From NCBI GenBank assembly GCA_963727455.1, contig CAVSGG010000015.1, forward strand, positions 1 to 64,000: a stretch of DNA of 64,000 nt, given 5' to 3'. Each line of letters opens with the position of its first letter. The stretch's first letter is position 1. Source of the stretch: Candidatus Krumholzibacteriota bacterium (GTDB lineage Bacteria; Krumholzibacteriota; Krumholzibacteriia; JAJRXK01). This document shows positions 59,139-64,000 of this stretch, in pieces. The notes beneath the pieces are model-generated. The model had not been told where the DNA came from, searched no databases, and saw only the letters and a program-made list of their open reading frames with translations. The position numbers and the translations under genes are program-made.

Positions 59139-60467
59139 TCAATCCTGTTCCCGCCAGACCAATGTCCAGTGACCCAATCCATCGTCGTCACGGAAGTAGT
59201 AGGTCTCGCCCCGATCGAGGTAGTGCCACAGTTCATATTCCGCGCTGCTGCTCTGCAACATCGTCTGGCTCTCGATGCTATCCGGAGGTCCCAATCTCAC
59301 GTAGACGCGCCCCCGATCGCTGGTGGCACCATCGGAACTTCCATCGCGGAAATTCTCCCGGGCGTGGCTGACGCGCTCGTAATGTTCCTTCAGGCGGGGA
59401 TTTCCTGGAGATTCTGGATCCGGATCGCGGCGCTGCCAAAACGCCTTCCAGGCCTCGCGCCGCTTTGGTGCGGGCGTTTGACGCAGGCTCTCCAGTTCCT
59501 CGTCGCTCGCGATTCCCTCGATGACGCGAAGGTTGGATTCCCACTGTTTGTCCGAACTCGTGTCCAGACCGTAGTTTTGGAATTCGAGCTTCCTCTCGTC
59601 CCCTCCGACCAGGAGCACTTTGAGCTGATTCTCTCCCTCGGCGCAGGCTCGCGGAGGGAGCCGCAGCAGAACCGAACGCTCCTTCACCTGGCTTGCGAAA
59701 CGGACCCTCCGCGACCAGCGGATTCTGCCGTTCCCGCGGTCTCCCCTGATCTGAAACCCGAGGCTCAAGGAATCCCGTTCGCTTGCGGGCCGGAAATCGT
59801 AGATTTGCACCAGCACATAGGGATCTCCCGAGGAGAGATCGAAGAGGGGGTAGTTAGAACGGGTGAAGGTCTTGGCAAGCTGACCCGACTGCAGAGGGAT
59901 CAAATTCGTATCGATGGCCGCTACGCTCGCGGGATCGCGAGGATGGTAGAGGGCGACATCTCCCAGGGCGATCCCCCCCGGCGGAACGTGGGGGCGGCCG
60001 AGGGTGAATTCCCGCTTCCCCCAGCGACGCGATCCCTCCAGGTCCATCCGCACGTTCACCAGGACTGTCTTGGCTGGAGTGGGCGCCAGAGGAAATTCCA
60101 ATTCTCGTTTGAGAACCGTCGAGGCCCGCGTCTGATCGTAGTCCTCTACGAAGACCTCCCCATCCCACTCCTGGGAACGCAGGGCCTTCTTCTCCTCATC
60201 GCGCTGCACCACTCTCAGGTGATACCCCGCGCGAAACCTCCCGTCGTCCTGTTTCAGGAAGATGAGGTTGCGGTAAGGTACCGAGATCGTCACCACTGCT
60301 TCAGGACGTCCGGTATCATCGAAGCCGGCCTTGACCTCGCTGTCATACCAACCGTGCGGTCCACCACCCCAATCGCCATCCTCGAATTTGCGTTGAGCAT
60401 GGGCAGAAGGAGAGCCCAGCAAGAGGATGGTCATCAGCGCCAAGAGAGCTGAGGAAGTGCGTCGCAC
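59139..60467 (-). CDS. GWxTD domain-containing exported protein
   Basis: Signal peptide ending AHA; FWQRRDPDP...GATSDRGRVYVRLGPPD...ELWHY. Confidence 0.85.
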   Translation of the reverse strand: MRRTSSALLALMTILLLGSPSAHAQRKFEDGDWGGGPHGWYDSEVKAGFDDTGRPEAVVTISVPYRNLIFLKQDDGRFRAGYHLRVVQRDEEKKALRSQEWDGEVFVEDYDQTRASTVLKRELEFPLAPTPAKTVLVNVRMDLEGSRRWGKREFTLGRPHVPPGGIALGDVALYHPRDPASVAAIDTNLIPLQSGQLAKTFTRSNYPLFDLSSGDPYVLVQIYDFRPASERDSLSLGFQIRGDRGNGRIRWSRRVRFASQVKERSVLLRLPPRACAEGENQLKVLLVGGDERKLEFQNYGLDTSSDKQWESNLRVIEGIASDEELESLRQTPAPKRREAWKAFWQRRDPDPESPGNPRLKEHYERVSHARENFRDGSSDGATSDRGRVYVRLGPPDSIESQTMLQSSSAEYELWHYLDRGETYYFRDDDGLGHWTLVWREQD

Positions 60468-60471
60468 GAAT

Positions 60472-61164
60472 TCAGGGGGTATCCACGGCAAGATCTGATT
60501 CGATCGCTCCATCACGCAGACGAACGATACGTCTGGCGTGCGCAGCGATCTCCTCCTCGTGCGTGACGATGATGATGGTATGTCCCCGCGCGTGTAGGGC
60601 ATCCAAGATCTCCATGATCTCATCACTGGTTCTGGAGTCCAGGTTGCCAGTGGGTTCGTCGGCCAAGAGAATGGAAGGTTTGTTGACGAGAGCTCGAGCG
60701 ATGGCCACTCGTTGATTCTGTCCTCCCGACAATTCGTTGGGGCGATGATGAATTCGTTCCTGAAGACCCACTGCCTGGAGGGCTTCTCGCGCCCGACTCT
60801 CCCGCTCGGCTGCGCTGCGACCGGCATAGATCAACGGAAGCTCGACATTCTGCACCGCGGTCGATCTCGGAAGCAGATTGAAGGTCTGGAATACGAAACC
60901 GATCTCCCGGTTTCGAATGGCCGCCAATTCATCGTCATCCAGCCGATCGACCTGCGACCCTTTGAGACGGTACGATCCGCTGGTAGGGGTGTCAAGACAG
61001 CCCAGAATGTTCATGAGAGTCGATTTCCCCGAGCCGGACGCCCCCATGATCGCGAGATACTCGCCCTCCTGGATAAAGAGCGTAACTCCCCTCAGCGCGT
61101 GAACCCGGTGGACGCCGAGCTGGTAGATCTTGTGCACGTCCTCGACCTGAATCAGCAAATCCAC
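60472..61164 (-). CDS. ABC transporter ATP-binding protein (MacB/LolD-like)
   Basis: [23 protein letters not shown] and VTH. Confidence 0.94.
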   Translation of the reverse strand: MDLLIQVEDVHKIYQLGVHRVHALRGVTLFIQEGEYLAIMGASGSGKSTLMNILGCLDTPTSGSYRLKGSQVDRLDDDELAAIRNREIGFVFQTFNLLPRSTAVQNVELPLIYAGRSAAERESRAREALQAVGLQERIHHRPNELSGGQNQRVAIARALVNKPSILLADEPTGNLDSRTSDEIMEILDALHARGHTIIIVTHEEEIAAHARRIVRLRDGAIESDLAVDTP

Positions 61165-61175
61165 GCTCCTGCCGC

Positions 61176-62672
61176 TCAGCGGCCGGTGGCTCGATCAATC
61201 TTCGCGCGCGCGATGTAGAAGTCGGCGACCGCATTCACCGCGTCCCCGCGTGCCTGGGCCAGGCTCTGCTGAGCATTGATCACATCCAGGCTGGTACCCG
61301 CTCCCACTTTGAAGCGCTCCGATGCAAGCCTGAGATCCTCTTCGGCCTGGTCGATCGTCTCGCTGGCCACCTGAAAACTTTCCTTGGCTTCGATGAGGTT
61401 GTTCAAGAACCCGCTCAACTCGCTCTCCATGGTCAATTCGGACTGGCGAAGATTGTATTCGGCGCGGCGCTTCGCGGCCAAAGCCTGACGAGAACGGTTC
61501 CTCGTCTGGAAACGATCGAAGAGATTCCAACTCAGGCGCGCACCCCAGCTATACTGCCGGTTCTTCTGCGCCCCGAAGCGATAGGGCGTCTCACTCTGGC
61601 TCAGGGATGCCTGGCCGAAAACGGCGAGCTGCGGAAAGTAACCCGAGTGCGCCTGGGTGATGGCGTACCCACTTGCCTGAAGATTCTCCTGAGCAGATTT
61701 CAGATCGAGCCGATCCTGACGCGCCTCCTGGAGCAGATCCGAGAACTTGGGCAGTTCGATCGAGGAGATTTCGGCGGGCAGATCATCGGCCAGCTCGAAG
61801 CGCTCTGCACCGGGAATGTTCATGAAATGTGTCAGGAGCACGAAGGATTGCCGCTCCGAGTTGCGCGCCCGGACCACATCGAGCTGAGTCTGCTTGTAGC
61901 GGACTTGCGCCTGCAGTACGTCGCTCTTGGTGGCGATGCCCACGTCGAAATAGGTCTTGCTGCGATCCAGCTCCTGCTTGGCCACGTCCTGCGTCTCTTT
62001 GGCAACCTCGACCTGCTTCTGCGCGCGAAGAACGTTGTAGAACGCCTCACTCACGTCCTGCACGAGAACCTTCTCCTGGTAGCCCAAGTCGGCTTCAGCA
62101 GCCCGCACCGTTGCTTTGCTTTCCTTGATCCTGGAGATCCGGCCAAAGCCATCGAAGACGGTCCAGTTGGTGCTGAGACTGGCCGACTTGAAAGTCTGCA
62201 GGATGGTCTGGTTGCTCGTCCCCGAAGCAGCCAGAGTGGGTTCGTAGGCCTGTGTTCCATTGATGTCCAGCGGCAGTAGGTTCCCGTTCTGATCCACGTA
62301 GACAATCGGTTGACCGGGGATGACGGTCGAATTGGTGTAGTCGGCCACATCGAAGTCCGTGCGCTCGGAGCGATTCCAGCTGGCGGAAGCGGAGAGATCC
62401 GGCAACCACTGGGCCTTGGCGGCGGTCCGATCGCTTTTCGCCGCGGCCAGATTCTCCTCGTACACTCCCAGTGCGGTGGATCCGACCTTGGCCACCTTCA
62501 GACACTCGTCGAGTGTGACCGGGCTTCCGTCGTAGAGCCCCTTGATGGATTCCTGCAGCTGCTGGAGCTTGACTTCGAGCTGGGCATGGCAAGGACTGGA
62601 AGCCGCCGCGAGGAAAAGCAAGCACAGCGGCACTGCGAAGGATACGGTCCGGGCAAAGGACAATCTCTTCAT
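61176..62672 (-). CDS. TolC family outer-membrane efflux protein
   Basis: Signal peptide; two OEP repeats (WLPDLS..., YFPQLA..., WNLFD). Confidence 0.9.
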   Translation of the reverse strand: MKRLSFARTVSFAVPLCLLFLAAASSPCHAQLEVKLQQLQESIKGLYDGSPVTLDECLKVAKVGSTALGVYEENLAAAKSDRTAAKAQWLPDLSASASWNRSERTDFDVADYTNSTVIPGQPIVYVDQNGNLLPLDINGTQAYEPTLAASGTSNQTILQTFKSASLSTNWTVFDGFGRISRIKESKATVRAAEADLGYQEKVLVQDVSEAFYNVLRAQKQVEVAKETQDVAKQELDRSKTYFDVGIATKSDVLQAQVRYKQTQLDVVRARNSERQSFVLLTHFMNIPGAERFELADDLPAEISSIELPKFSDLLQEARQDRLDLKSAQENLQASGYAITQAHSGYFPQLAVFGQASLSQSETPYRFGAQKNRQYSWGARLSWNLFDRFQTRNRSRQALAAKRRAEYNLRQSELTMESELSGFLNNLIEAKESFQVASETIDQAEEDLRLASERFKVGAGTSLDVINAQQSLAQARGDAVNAVADFYIARAKIDRATGR

Positions 62673-62872
62673 GAAACGACACTCCTTAGGGAGACACAGT
62701 GGAGATACTACCACCAGGATGAAGACTGGCCATCATGAAGTCCACTAGCAAGCCCTCGGTGAGGGGGCGAGCGGGAAACGGTTGCCGTGGATCTGAGGAC
62801 ATACGAATCGGCACCCCCCCAATCATACGGAAGAGTGCCGAGCAGGTTGCAGTCAAGATCTCGCGTCGACTA

Positions 62873-63544
62873 CTAATAGAGCTTGAATCGGTACGGGAGA
62901 GTCACCCACACTTCCACCGCGAAGTCTCTCTGCTTTCCCGGTTTGAAAATGCAGCGGAGAGCCGCCTTGAGGGCCTCGGCATCCAGAATCGGATGGACGC
63001 TCTTGACCACCTCGGCCTGCTTGGCCCGCCCGTCCGTGCCCACCAGCACGTTGACCATGACGGTCCCCTGCAACTCCATGTCGCGAGCCGTCTCGGGGTA
63101 CTTGGGCGGAACCCACTTCACAATCTCGGGCTTGGTATCGAAGGCCACGAAGGTGTTCCCGGTGCTGGCCGAACCCCCACCCGTCGGGAGCGCCGCCGTA
63201 TCCCAGTTGTCCGGCAGGGTCTCCGCCAAATCGACATCTTCGTTCACTTCCGCGTCCGGCGCAGCCTCGATGGGCACCTGCGGGCGGGGAATTTCCTTCG
63301 GGGGGGGCGGGATGTCGATGGCGTCGGGAATGTCGAGGATCTCGATCTTGTCTTCACGGAGATGATACGGAGTCGGTTTGTATACCGGTGAGAAGAGGAA
63401 GATCAGAAGCCAGATCAGAAGCGAGGCATAGGTGGAGCGGCGCAGATAAACGCCGTAACGCGACTTGAAGCGTTGGTTTTCGTTGAGAAATACCGCTTCA
63501 CCGAACTCGATGTGTGCGTGGTCTCTTACGTGTGCGTGCGCCAT
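62873..63544 (-). CDS. TonB family energy transducer
   Basis: TM helix, Pro-rich linker and TonB_C motif PKYPETARDMELQGTV...FKPG. Confidence 0.92.
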   Translation of the reverse strand: MAHAHVRDHAHIEFGEAVFLNENQRFKSRYGVYLRRSTYASLLIWLLIFLFSPVYKPTPYHLREDKIEILDIPDAIDIPPPPKEIPRPQVPIEAAPDAEVNEDVDLAETLPDNWDTAALPTGGGSASTGNTFVAFDTKPEIVKWVPPKYPETARDMELQGTVMVNVLVGTDGRAKQAEVVKSVHPILDAEALKAALRCIFKPGKQRDFAVEVWVTLPYRFKLY

Positions 63545-63552
63545 GGCTGCCT

Positions 63553-63975
63553 CTAATACTTCGGACCGGGCCTGGATTCGAACTTGTCGTTGAAACTCAC
63601 GCGAACCGCATTGGCTTCTTTGAGCTTCTCCATCACATCATCCATGACCTTGTACTTGGCACGGGTGTCGGTCTGGAAGGCCACGATCATGAGCGGGTTC
63701 TCTTTGTATTTCTGCAGCATGATCGGATACACAGAATCGAGATTCACGATCTTGTCATCGATCGAGATCCTGCCCTTGCGATCGATCCAGATGTGGCTCA
63801 CCAGCTCTCGCTTTGGTTCCACTCCTGACTCGGCTCGCGGCAAATCGACCGGCAAACCGTCCTCGGTCTTGAAGACCGTGGTCACCATGAAAAAGAGTAG
63901 CAGCATGAACACGATGTCGCCCATCGAGGCGGTCGGGATGCTCGTGCTGGACTTGATGTTCTTTTCGAACTTCAC
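63553..63975 (-). CDS. exbD: ExbD/TolR biopolymer transport protein
   Basis: SMGDIVFMLLLFFMVTT TM helix with the conserved Asp. Confidence 0.92.
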   Translation of the reverse strand: MKFEKNIKSSTSIPTASMGDIVFMLLLFFMVTTVFKTEDGLPVDLPRAESGVEPKRELVSHIWIDRKGRISIDDKIVNLDSVYPIMLQKYKENPLMIVAFQTDTRAKYKVMDDVMEKLKEANAVRVSFNDKFESRPGPKY

Positions 63976-64000
63976 GTCGGATTCCTCTAGGTCTTCAACA

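Noticed and set aside
59139-60827. 562-aa version of the GWxTD ORF
   Set aside because: The extra N-terminus overlaps the ABC ATPase gene in another frame; the signal peptide indicates a start at 60467
63987-64000. 3' end of an upstream gene, possibly a second exbD
   Set aside because: Only a few codons are visible, so it cannot be supported

Overview
GC-rich bacterial chromosomal window made up mostly of housekeeping genes, most of them on the minus strand. It carries tyrS (frameshifted), PBP1A, cdd-deoC-pdp, rarA-pfkA, ychF, leuS, ffh-rpsP-khpA-rimM-trmD-rplS-rnhB-yraN, EF-G2-yebC-ruvCAB-queA-tgt-yajC-def-fmt-rsmB-PASTA-rpe, pgk-tpiA-secG-tRNA-Leu, radC-mreBCD-mrdA-rodA-aroE-comF, lysC and exbD-tonB-tolC-ABC-GWxTD-NlpC/P60. 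A PNPFNP C-terminal domain, a GWxTD protein and a 'SWGxVKxxF' tail suggest an FCB-superphylum candidate lineage such as Krumholzibacteriota, Eisenbacteria or Latescibacterota (inference). I saw no integrase, transposase, CRISPR array or prophage. The most striking item is an uninterrupted 2048-aa ORF just downstream of leuS. By eye it is an ordered fusion of DEDDh-exonuclease-like, DinG-like, RecQ-like and UvrD-like modules in which the catalytic motifs are degenerate while metal-binding cysteines remain, making it a candidate multi-pseudohelicase scaffold. Also notable are a DeoC with a microcompartment encapsulation-peptide-like N-terminus, a histone-like (xRKKKTT)16 protein with its own promoter and terminator, a secreted protein with a putative C-terminal sorting motif, and an rRNA-type promoter at the left edge. 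All family calls come from motif recognition by eye, not from database searches.
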